This document shows, in pieces, positions 22,821-34,531 of a stretch of DNA of 64,000 nt. The notes under the pieces were generated by a model. That model did no database searches. It was not told the origin of the DNA and saw only the letters and a list, made by a program, of their open reading frames with translations. Position 1 is the first letter of the stretch. Every line of letters begins with the position of its first letter. Origin of the DNA: Podarcis melisellensis (Eukaryota); NCBI GenBank assembly GCA_964234715.1, contig OZ174276.1; one strand, 5' to 3'. A program made the translations under genes and the position numbers.

Positions 22821-25144
22821 TTATGCTGAAAACCTTCCTTTTAAGCAGATATGTACTTTGTGCTGCACTGTTCTCCAAAAAGGCAAGAAGTTGCTTCTCC
22901 TTTTTTTTTTTTTTTTTTTGGTCTCCTTGACTGGATTCTTGTATGTAACTGAACTGAGAGCTTGGGCTTGAACCCGGGTTCCAGTTCCACTGCTCCCTGC
23001 CATGGACACTTTGTGTGGTCTTTGGCAAGTCGGTAGGTCTCAGACTCAGTTCCTCAGCTATGAAATGGGAATAATATCCCATAGGGGAGGCTAGCCATGG
23101 TCTCAGTAAAGGCTGCCAAGTCCTTTGCCAGTTAGAGGTGCTGCTCTTAGCAATTTCTGGACTAGAATCTCATTGTTGTTACCAAAGGGAACTAGCTGAG
23201 AAGCCTTTTCCCCCAAGCCAGTGGTCACCAGACACTGCTTCTCCTCCTGTCTCAAAGATATTAAAGTCCAGTAGTTTTCTCAGCTCGTGGATGAGTTGCT
23301 GTTATTTGCCTAGTCTGCTAGCAGTTGACAGGTGAATCCCCTTTCCCCTTGGCTGGTGTCTGCAATGTGTCTTCATCTTTCCGGACCTGTAGGTAACCTA
23401 ACTTTAAAAATAAAAATAAAAATTGGAGGTTGTTTTAGCATGTGAGCTTTAATGAGGAGTGTGAAGCCTATTTGTCTCCCTCCCCTGGCTGTTTTCTACT
23501 CCTAGGTTAAGTTTGGCTAACACACTTTCTTTACCCCAATCACATCCTCATGCTGTATGTGTTATAAGGTATTTTTATGAATTTGGAATTTCCCCGAGTC
23601 AAAATAAACACTTTGGACTTGGTTTAGGTGTCTTCCCCTCTTTCTCAGGGCTGCTTTGTGTATTAATTGCTTCCTTGGAATGAGGATCTTGATGCTCTTC
23701 CACTTTCGGCAGTTCAGTGCAACAAAAGTGAAATTGAAAAAAAGTTTTGTTTACATTGGATTCTGAATGTATCACACCAAAGTTAATGTGCACAAAACTG
23801 CCCTCTTACGGCACACTCATATATCATAGCAGCCAATAAGGTAGCCTCTCTGCTGTTAAGTTTTCTCTTGTAAAGTTAGTGAAGCTCGCCTTCCCACCAC
23901 ATGGGGCTATAGCTAGCAGATGGCCCACTTTTGCAGATTGGCACTTATTTGTGGGGGAAGGTGTTGGAACCGAGATGGCTTCAGTTATCATAATAAAATT
24001 AAGCCAGGAGGGGAGAAAGACAAATGTGTACATGTGTGTGTGCTTGCACACACCAAGCAATCGGGTTTTTGTTTTGTTTTGTTTTTTTGGCTAAGTAGTG
24101 TGATGAAAGCTACATATTTGCTTCCCCTGAAAATTATAAACACAATGTTTCTGACCAAAAACCATTTGCCAGACAATGTGGCTGCAGATTCACACGATGT
24201 TTTCTCAACAGCAGTGAGAGCAATCCAGAGCTTTCTTCATATACCTCTGATAACCCACCTGAACACCTGTGGAATGCCAACTGCAGTGCAGCAAAGCTTA
24301 GCTTCCTAATTTACAAGGCTCCCTGTATAGACTTTCCATTACTCTGGTTGAAAAACCAAGATCTGAGGCTACTTATAAGGCTAGAGGCTAATCACAGAGG
24401 AGAAAACAGCTGTGCTGTTCAGGGTGTTGTTGGGTTTTGGGGGGTTTTATTGCAGGGCTACCCACAAAAGACACCTGGAAAGATAAGTTCTGTGTGCTTT
24501 GTCTATGACACAGGCCTGCTCCCCAACACAGCACAGGGAGTGACAAACAAGTACCATTTTTATCAGTATAAGTGGTAGTAGTTTGAGAAACTTGAGACAT
24601 TCTCCTTGAAGCTGAAGGGGAACTCCTACATGATTGTGGAAAACATTTGTCAGTATTGTGTCCTGTGGAGGCACTTTTTTTGAGAGAGAGAAAAAGAGAG
24701 TCCATGTAGAAATTTACACTGGAGACTCTGCTTCACACAGGAATTAAAACTCCTTTAAGGCAGCTTGATAGCATCTGGCTACAATTAAGTTTGTAGTGTG
24801 GTCAAGATCTTTCTTTTTTTTAAAAAAAGTGGCTATGAAAACATCCCTAATTGGTTTACTTAATGTATGTGGGGATTTTCTGTACAGATCTGTTTTAACT
24901 GGGCAAACTGTGATTTTTTAAAAAAATAAAAAGAAATTTATTGTTTAATGATATGATTGTATAAGTTCTGAGGAGTGGGGGAATGGCATTTTGCTAGCTA
25001 AATGTCTTGGTAATTTCTTGTGCTTTGAGTTTCTGCTGACTAGTTTAAGGTGATTTATAGATCCGTTGAACTTTGGAGCAGGACTTTTCCAAAAGTTCGG
25101 CATAGCTTGGGAAGTTGAGCTCTTTCAAAAAGATTTTGGAGATT

Positions 25145-25199
<55 letters not shown>

Positions 25200-27403
25200 C
25201 TGCCTTACAGTATGGAAGAGCTTCCCCTTAACCTTCCCATAGGGATGACATGTAAACATAAACTAACGGGCGGCACGATTAAGGACGTAGCAGCATGACA
25301 TGCACTTTAAAAGGAAGGTCTGTAGGATCCACTTAAGGAGCAGGCTTGGTTCTGTACAGATGGCGAGCATCTTGCAACCAGATACCTTACAACAATAAGC
25401 CCTAATGGGCCTGCGTTTTGTTAGAGCAGGACACGAAGCTGTTTCAAGGACAGTAATAAAAAGTAAAGCCTTTATCCTTCCCCCTCTCCCACCCCACTTC
25501 CTTGAAAGACCAAAAAAAATAACCCAATAGCTGCCTTAAGAATGTCACGGGAACTTTACAAACATAGATAAGTTTTTGTTTTCTAAAGGTACAACATTTG
25601 GATCCTGCTTCCCCTTGCTTTCTCTCCCCCCCCCCCTTTGCAGAATAACTTTCAACTGGAAACATGTGGGGTTGATCTGTCTTGAAGATCTGAAGGATCT
25701 GATTTTTCCCCCCTACCGTCTTCTGTCACTCTTTGGTTATCTCCCATTCTTTCTTTCTTTTCTTTTCTCTTCCCCGCTCCCTTCCTTCATCTTTTGAATG
25801 TCTTGATCTTCCCACTGAAATATCTTTGTGTGCTTTGGGAAAGAATGTGTTCCCAGCTGCGCTTAAATACCTGAGTCTTTTGCAGCGAGGCCTCCTGCAA
25901 AGGTCAGCTTGAGATGTGGAGGCCTAGAACTTCAGTCATGCTGTTTGCCGTCATAACTTGAAGAGGGCTGTCTGTCTGTCTCTCCCTCCATCTCTCTCTC
26001 TCTCTCTCTCCCCTTCCCAAGCCCCTTTCTTTGCTTAAGCCTTCGCAAGGGCTCATGTTTTCCCCTTGCCAGTGAAATGGAGGAATGCAACACAGCAGGA
26101 GGGGAGTTAAGGGGAGGGTGGGAGGACTTGTTTGTGAGAGAACTGAGTGAAGACTACTACTGAAGAGGTCGAAAGTGGGTAACCGGGGCAAATGGAAACA
26201 AAGGGACCAGAATACTACTACTAGGGGAAGTGCTGCTTTTCATTAAGACTACCAGGCTGCTCACTTAACTCAGGCCTGATGCCTCCTCCGATCTCATTGC
26301 AAGTGGCTTGGTGGGTTGTTTTTTTTAAATAACAAAACCCAAAAGTTTCTCTCTTTTATGTTTAGGCCTTAAAGAAAGACTTCCCTTCCCTCTCTCCCTC
26401 TCCCTCTCCCTCTCCCTCCCTCCCCCCTGCGCCTCCCAAGTTGCTCACAAGTGACTCCAATTTTGAGCAAGTGACTGTCTTAGAATTGAACAAACAGCAG
26501 GCCATGGGAGCCTGAGTGGATCGGAGTTGCCAAGCTGAATTTCTTCAGAATGAGGGATGTGGTCTGCCTCTGTGATGTCTCTTCTGTGGAATGTTATGGA
26601 AGTGGTCGAATAAGGGGTGTCCCTTTTTAATGTTCTGTAGAGCAGGCATCTGGAGTAAGGGGTGATGGCTTGAAATGAGGAACATCTGGCAAACTTAGTC
26701 TGGATTCCAGGCGTTTGGATTCTGTGTGCTTAAAGGTGGTGCTGTCTATATAAACAAGGCCTTCTTAAAACGTTTGGCTGAGAGCAGTGATCGCAATCCT
26801 GTAAATGTTTTGTCAATCCCTAATTTAGTCTTTAATAGTCCATGGTGATTAGGGTACAGAATATAAAACACAGGTGTCCATCCCTGTTGGTCTCCCTTTG
26901 CCAAACTGATGCCCTCCAGATGTTTGGGACTCCTTGCTCCTTTCTTCCTCAGGCACCATGGTTGTGATGGCTGATGGGAGTTGTAGTCCAAAACATCTGG
27001 AAGGTAGCAGGTTGGCAAAGGCTGCCCCATAAATTGTTATGTTGCTGCCTTGTTGGTCCTACATAATGGCTCCATTTATTGGACCAACTTGGTGGGGATA
27101 CAAAACTGAAATTTACTCCCCTCTGTGATTTGGATTGGAAAAGATTGCTCTTCACTTATTATCCCCTTATTATCGCTTTACCAATGCAGAGCTCTCTGTA
27201 TATAGGGCCACACTTTCTTTTGCAGCACCCTCTGAAATAAGATGTCAGTCAAACCATTTTGAGATAAGACCATCTGTAGAAGTTATATTTGTTAATTTGA
27301 CATGCTTGGGGACCTTTTGAATCCAGAGCTGAAAATGACCTGAAAATACTGCTGGCACTTAATAATATTTACCACTTTTTTTCTTAAGCACTTCACCCTA
27401 GCT

Positions 27404-27532
27404 CAGAGTTTACCAAACTTAGGTCTCCAGCTGTTTTTGGAATACAGTTCCCATCACCCCTGGTTCTGCTAGCTAGGAATGATCAGAGTTGTAGTCCAAA
27501 AACAGCTGGAGACCCAAGTTTGGGAAACTTTG
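27404..27532. mobile_element. Palindromic hAT MITE
   Basis: Nearly fully self-complementary. Flanks CCCTAGCT / CTCTAGCC. Confidence 0.82.
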
Positions 27533-27540
27533 CTCTAGCC

Positions 27541-27676
27541 CAGGCATAGGCAAACTTTGCCTTCCAGATGTTTTGGGACTACAACTCCCATCACCCCTAG
27601 CTAATGGGACCAATGGTCAGGGATGATGGGAGTTGTAGTCCCAAAACATCTGGAGGGCTGAGTTTGCCTATGCCTG
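27541..27676. mobile_element. Palindromic hAT MITE
   Basis: CAGGCATAGGCAAACT...AGTTTGCCTATGCCTG. Perfect TSD CTCTAGCC. Confidence 0.9.
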
Positions 27677-27731
27677 CTCTAGCCATTACAACTGTCTTGT
27701 ACTGCTGGCACAGATTTGAGGCAGAGAGAGA

Positions 27732-27784
<53 letters not shown>

Positions 27785-28559
27785 AAATATGCTTTTAAGG
27801 CCACTTGATGAGTGCATGGTAAAGATTCAGTTTCAGGGCATTCAGCTGCTGTTCTTAACTGCCTGGCCTTAGCTCACTTGTCTAAAATCTTGCATTGCCC
27901 TTTTCTGTAGATCTTAGATTCCCATTCCCATTAGCCCCATCATTCATAGCTAATGGTCAAGGATAATGGGAATTGTAGTCAGGCAGCTTATGGAGGACCA
28001 CATTTCCCCCATCCTTGCTGCAGATGGACCAGGAATAACAATGCACATGTATTGGGGTTTAAGACACATTGGTGTGGGAAAGTAGGAGTTGAGTGTTTTT
28101 GTGAGGAGATCCTAGCCCAATTCGAAATGTTAGGGAGTAGAACAAACCTAGAAAGGAACTTGTCAAAATGTTCATGATAGGCCCCGCATGATCACTAAGG
28201 CTCCAATCTTATTCCTACTTACCTGTGAGTAAGCATCCTTGAACTCACTTACTTTTTGACAGGCACGTGTAGGATTGTGAAAACTGTAAAAGTGTTGATG
28301 GCTAGAGTGTTGTGGCAGGACAGTTTTCTCTCTACCACATGGAGACCTTGGTAGGTGTTTCTGAATCTCAGTTTGTTATGTGGGAGTGTCCGAGACAAGC
28401 TGGATCTGTTCAAAATATTGCCTTCCTTGTGAGTCTTGCCACTAGTCTGGTATATTAGACTAAAAGCAAGGAGGTTTGGGTCTAAGTCCCCACTCAAGAA
28501 TGAAGCTCACTGGTGACCTAGGACTGGCCTCTATCCTTCCTTGTGGGGTTGTTGTGAGG

Positions 28560-28680
28560 TTAGACCATGGTGCTGATAACGCCAAGATTGCAGGTTTGAT
28601 CCCCATATGGAACAGCTGCATATTCCTTTGTTGGACCAGATGATCTTCAGCATCCCTTCAAACTCTACAGTTATGTGATC
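28560..28680 (+). mobile_element. tRNA-Ile-derived SINE, 5'-clipped
   Basis: GGTGCTGATAACGCCAAGATTGCAGGTTTGATCCCC followed by a degenerate tail. Confidence 0.75.
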
Positions 28681-28693
28681 CCTCAGTCTAACC

Positions 28694-28823
28694 CAGGCTT
28701 CCTCAACCTCGGCCCTCCAGATGTTTTGAGACTACAATTCCTATCATCCCTGACCACTGGTCCTGCTAGCTAGGGATCATGGGAGACGTAGCAAAAAAAC
28801 ATCTGGAGGGCCGAGGAAGCCTG
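28694..28823. mobile_element. Palindromic hAT MITE
   Basis: CAGGCTTCCTC...GAGGAAGCCTG. TSD GTCTAACC. Confidence 0.88.
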
Positions 28824-29553
28824 GTCTAACCTGCTTCATAAGGTTGTTGTGAGGATAAAATAGTGATGGAGGATGTATGCTGCCTCTTCTCTTTGGCGGA
28901 ACAACAGGAGAAAACATGATACTTTTTGTGTGGTGCCATAACAAGGGATTTCATGAATCCACCATTTTAAAACTGTATGACAGCTGATGGCTTTAAAATA
29001 CTCAGTGACTTTGTAGATCATGAATGGGGAACCTTTGGCTCCCAAATGTTGCTGTTCTTCAACTCCTGTCAGCCCCAGCCGGCATGGCCAGTGGTCATGG
29101 ATGATGGGAGTTGTAGTACATCAACATCTGGAGATTCACCATGTTTGCCACCCCAATGTACACAAACAACTTGCTTTGCTTCCATTCCATCTACACAGCA
29201 CAATGAAAGCTATTATACACAAATGGGTATGCTGTGACCTACACAGGTAAACAAGGATTTAGTAGCATGGGTTTATTTCTCCTATATATTACAGATACTT
29301 CTGGCAGATCACATGCTGGTTAGCCAGCTGTTTATGGTGGGTGGAAAATGAAGGCCATGATCCTAAACACTTCTTATTTATAAGCGGTCCATTGAAATTG
29401 ACTGAGTTACTTCCAAGCATTGAGAATATTAGTCATTTAGTTAGTCTTGTGTGCACGTATATAACTTAGCTCATTGCTCTTTGGCTTTTTTATGTGTGTA
29501 TTTCCTGAGTTCATGGAAGAGTAACTGAGCTTTCACTTTTTGCTTGTCTCTAG

Positions 29554-29694
29554 GTCCTTTAAGAGGAATGATCCTGTTAACCCTTACCATGTGAACTCTG
29601 GCTATGTCTTTGCTCCTGCCACCAGTGCAAATGATAGCGAAATATCTAGTGATGCTCTGACTGATGACTCCATGTCTATGACGGACAGTAGCGT
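29554..29694 (+). CDS. AXIN2: AXIN2 exon 3 (141 nt): [47 protein letters not shown]
   Basis: Acceptor tgtctctag|G, donor GT|gtaagt. In frame with exon 2. Conserved Axin SANDSE motif. Confidence 0.97.
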
Positions 29695-31717
29695 GTAAGT
29701 ATTTCCCTTGGTTGAATTTTTTGAAAAACTGTTGGTTCTTAAAAGAATCCTACCTGACCATGATCTCTGCTTTAATTTTCTGTTTAAAATTTTGCTACCC
29801 AGTTATATTTCTGATGCATTCTTTACCCACCATATTGCCATAAACTAGGAGTATGGTTTGAGCACAGTGTGTATGCCTTTGACGCAATGGTAGGAAATGA
29901 CTCTCTCATTTCCATCACTTTGCAGGTATTCTCACCCAACTCTCAGGTGAACAACCTTGTTCTCCCAGTAGGACTAGAAATCCAGCCTCTTACCCATGGG
30001 ATGTATCCATAATCTTCCCCATAGCCACAATTTTGCCCCAGCCCTTGTTTTTTTTTAGGACTAGGTGTAGTCTTATTATCTAATTAACAGTCGTAAAAAA
30101 AGGAATTGATTCCTCTAGGCGGTGCTTTCTGAGGTTAGCTGCTGAACTTAGGAGCGATGCTCTATTGACCCAAAGAGTCAACAGCCTTCTTGGGCTGAAC
30201 CTGGCAGACTTTACTTCTGTAAGAGGGTGGAGGCTGTTTGGAATGTGATGACAATTATTCCTTAGTCTCTGGGAGAAGGATGGGAGGAACAATCTGTGCT
30301 GTAAAATTTGTGGTCTTCTATAGAGAAGGAAATGGGAAGAAGTTTTCTGTTGTAATCTGCTTTAGCCATACAACTATGTACAAGGGCAACTACGTACATT
30401 GTCAATGGTTTCTCTCTCCCACCTCTACTTCATGTTGCATTCCTCTTCCTGCTGCTGGGTAGAGAGATTGGACTTCATTGCTAAATATCCCAAAGTGCTG
30501 TGAGGATAGGGGAGCATATTCTTTATTTCCAGTGGAAGGAACGCTTTTTGGAGGCAGGTTGGGGTTGGGGAGTGCAAAGTAGCCTGGTTTTAACTTAGCA
30601 TTGATATACATATGCATATGCACACACACAAACACACACACAATTCCCAAGGTCTTAACTTGAAATGCTTAGTTCTGCTTCCCATGCATGCACGTATCTG
30701 GAAGCAATTCCAACCCAAAACAGTAGGACTTAACTTGTGAGTAACAGGATTGTACTGTTAGTGTACCCATGGTGGTTTGGAAACCTTGAAGGTGGAAGGA
30801 AACGCTTTGCAATTCCTTGTAATCCTTTTGGTGGCAGGGGAAGAATATGCACTTTTTAAAATAAAAAAAGTCTCTAGATATAAAATAGTGCAGACTTGGT
30901 TATCCACCCTGCTTCTAATATGTGTGCAGCACTTAAAAAAAAAATGGTTTTATGGAAGAAGAAAAAACCCATTCCTGCCTTACCCCGCTTTCTTGTTGAA
31001 CAACATCGGCCTTGCATTTTCTTAAAAAGCTGCATCACTATTTTATTTCTCTTTGCCAGCTGGGCTGCGGTTTGTATATGTGCTCGGTGTGTCAACAGAG
31101 CATTCACTGGGTTAGTCATTTCTGGACCAGTGTTGGGTCACTTGGGACGAGCAGGGCTAGGATTATACCCTCTCTTCACAGCAATGCCAATTGTGGGGCC
31201 TTCTACAGATGAGAGCACTGAGTGAGAAATAAAGTGCATGCTGGATGAAAGGCTTAACTGAATCGCTTTCAGCCTATTGTTAGTCTAGGGGAGCTTAGAG
31301 GGGATAAGAGGGTAGCAGGCTGCTTTGAAATTTACTTGAACAAGTGAATAGGAGCTCCCCATAAAGCCGGGCATGAAAGGAGCCTGGCTGTTTTTTCCTG
31401 CCATAACAATAGCCAGTACAGGCTGTGAGGAGCAAGGGAAGCTTGCCTGATTAAACTGCTGGGAGCTTCAAGATATGGGGAGTGGGGGTGTTGCGGAGGT
31501 GGTGGTGGTGCTGAGGCCGGAGGGGGGGGGGCGGGGAGCCAACCTGGATTTCAATAGGGCCCAGAATGGTTATATGGCTTTAGAGAGCAACCTGCAAAAA
31601 CTCAAGGCATTTAACCAGTTCCTGCTGAAAACTGATCCCAAACTCCCCCTTCCCAACCCTCTCAAAGCCTTTGGAAAGGTTTGAATTTCCTGTGGTGTTG
31701 TCTCCAAATGACTGAGG

Positions 31718-31798
<81 letters not shown>

Positions 31799-34402
31799 GA
31801 GGAGGAAAGTGGGACACACACTTTTTCCAGCTCTGTGGGTCTCAGTGTTGTAAACTCCTAGAAGCAGAGCACGCTGATAGGCTTCAACAGCTGTTGCAAG
31901 CTGCGGTAACACTAGCACGTGTGCCAAGTTGTTTTTGTGTTTGAATTTCCTTCCCTGCCATGGGTGTATGAAAGAGAAACTTGAGCAAAAGGGAGGAAAG
32001 CGGGGAGGGCGGCGTGTTCCCGCTCAAGCCGCCTTCTTTTCTTTTCTTTTTGCTTTTGGAGGGGAGCGAAAAGTGAAATCAGCTGCTGTTGTGGTTCATT
32101 TGTCACCTTTGATGATGTAGGGGCATGGTTTTGTCGCACTTTTCCTGTAGCTTCCGTGCCAACAAATTTGTGCAGCAATGCACCACTCTACTGTGTGCGT
32201 GCGTGTGTGCAATGGCTTTGGTGGGGTGCAAATCAGACAACAGAACCCACAGACATCTGAAAAGCCGGTATGATCTGGTCTCATGGTGGCCCCCAGGTGG
32301 CATTCCCAGCAAAGAAAATGCACACAATCCCTCTCTCCCCCCCTTTTCCTGAACTTACATTTAACCCAAAGGATCAATGTTGCGTTTTTGTTTAATCTGC
32401 CCCTTTTTGGTGTTAGCCACAAAGCACCCAGGCAAATTCACATTTCCATTTCTTGATTGGAGGGAAGGGGTGAGGGAGGGAGGGAGAGACGAAAGGGGGA
32501 CTTTTTATTATTTGGTTATATCTTATTTATGGATTTACTTTGGACACAGGGGAATACTGCTGAGCAAACTTCAAATATTACCTTATCTTACAAACCAGGC
32601 TTTTGATGTTGGCAAGATCAGAGGCTCCGTTTCAGAGCCATTGCCAAATGAAGATGGGAGTGAATGCATATGCGCACAGAGTCTGATATTTCAAAAGAAG
32701 CAGTGAAACTACATTCAGGTTAGGTCAGGCACATCTAAGTCAAAAGGCTAAGATAATTGGCTCAGCTTAAATGGCAGCTGACTGGAAAGAAGACTTCAAA
32801 ACTAGTGTTTCCCCAGAAACAGATTGGCTTAGTACCAGACTGGTTAGCTAAAATGTTTATAATTAAACTGTGCTATTCAGTGCCTAAAACTATGCTGTTC
32901 TTCAGCCCAGAGTTGGATTTAAAACACATGCACACCAGGAAATCTAGCACAAATACTGTGCTTCTGGAGAAGGGAGGGGGGTTGGATTAACATGGACATC
33001 AGAAGTTGTATCTTTCCCCCCGTTTTTCTTTTTAGGCAGCAGTATTAATTGTGCACCGGTTTTGGATAGCATTTTATCCTAAAACACTTTAAAATGTTTT
33101 CAGTTTTGTCGAGATGCATTCAGTCAGTGACCTTTGGTTTTTGTTGTTGGATTAGAGTTGTGCCCAATGTTGGTCCTACTCTGAGCAGGCTCACTGAAAT
33201 TAACAAACATAACTAGCTTAGGTTTGCTAATTTCAATGGGTCTACTTGGTTGGCAACAGCCCTTAGATATGTTTTTTCTGTATCAGCTCTGGGTTCCGCT
33301 AATCTTCTAAGGAACTAGCATAGTATCTATGAGGTGATGCTGTTTTAGCCTCACACCAACTCCTACAATATATTTTATCCTGATAAATTGAGACTTACCC
33401 AGATGAGCTTCATGGCTGGGCAGGACCTCGCTCATTCAGGTCCAACACTTCTGTACCATTCTGACTCAGCTTGTAAAAATGCTTTGCACATTCTCTCTTT
33501 CTGTGATCTTGCAGCTACCTTATGAGGTGCAGCCGCCATTGTTCTCGTTTTTTTTAGATGGCAGAGAGACAGGCAGGCAGGCAGGCAGAAACTTGGCTAA
33601 GCCCACCCTGTGAACCTTTGGCTGAAACAGGGCTTGAGCCAAAAATAAAAGTCAAGAATTCTCTCCCTTGTAACCTCACTTGATCTTCTTGGCTACCCTT
33701 GTTAGACTTGAAATTCAAGCACCAGCTGCCCGTCTTTTCTGTATTTAATGCATTATGGATTCTTACTTTCCTTCAATGCCCTTTTATTTTAAATACCCAA
33801 GAACTGGAGTTTAGGAAGCTTGTTGCAAGCCCTCGTTACGATTCTCAGTTCTGTTTCTCAGGGCTGTTCAGTAACGCCACCCTTCTTTTTAAAATGAGAT
33901 TCGCCAGCCCTTTCTATTTAATTGTAATTAACATCTCCCACCCCCCCATCCCCCGCAACCAAGATAGCTGCTTGTTTGAGTCAGCCAATTAAGAGGACAC
34001 CCTCATTTACCCAAATTGTGGTGTTAGGGAGCACTCAAAACATTCGGGCTAATCGGGGAGGCCTCAATGAATGGGAGAGGAGTGTCACATGGACACTTAG
34101 ACTGCCATCATGGTGGACTCGTAGTGAATGTGTATTGGTAAGTTTCCATTTAGAGGACTTTCCCTTATCGCAAGGAAGATGCTCCCTAAATGAGACAAAA
34201 TAAAGCCAAGTAAGAAAATGCCCAACTGTGGCATGTCAAGCTTTTGGTGTTTCTATCCTCAGAATCTATTTAATAAAGCATCACATAGGGAAAAAAGGCA
34301 GTTAGTGGAAGGGAAAGCATTACGTTTCCATGTTTCCCCTGGCTCACTATTCCACCCCACCAGGTAGCATTCAGTTACAACTGGACATATGATGCTTTAT
34401 AC

Positions 34403-34531
34403 CAGGCACCCCCAAACTCCAGATGTTTTGGGACTACAACTCCCATCATCCCTGACCACTGGTCCTGTTAGCTAGGGATGATGGGAGTTGTAGTCCCAAA
34501 ACATCTGGAGGACCAAGTTTGCCTATGCCTG
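34403..34531. mobile_element. Palindromic hAT MITE. Older degenerate relatives at about 10720-10860, 26890-27025, 27900-28015, 29025-29150, 34790-34930, 35685-35825, 39465-39605, 44080-44165, 51760-51850, 54140-54270 and 62450-62555
   Basis: Core GACTACAACTCCCATCATCCCT..AGGGATGATGGGAGTTGTAGTC. TSD CTTTATAC. Confidence 0.88.
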
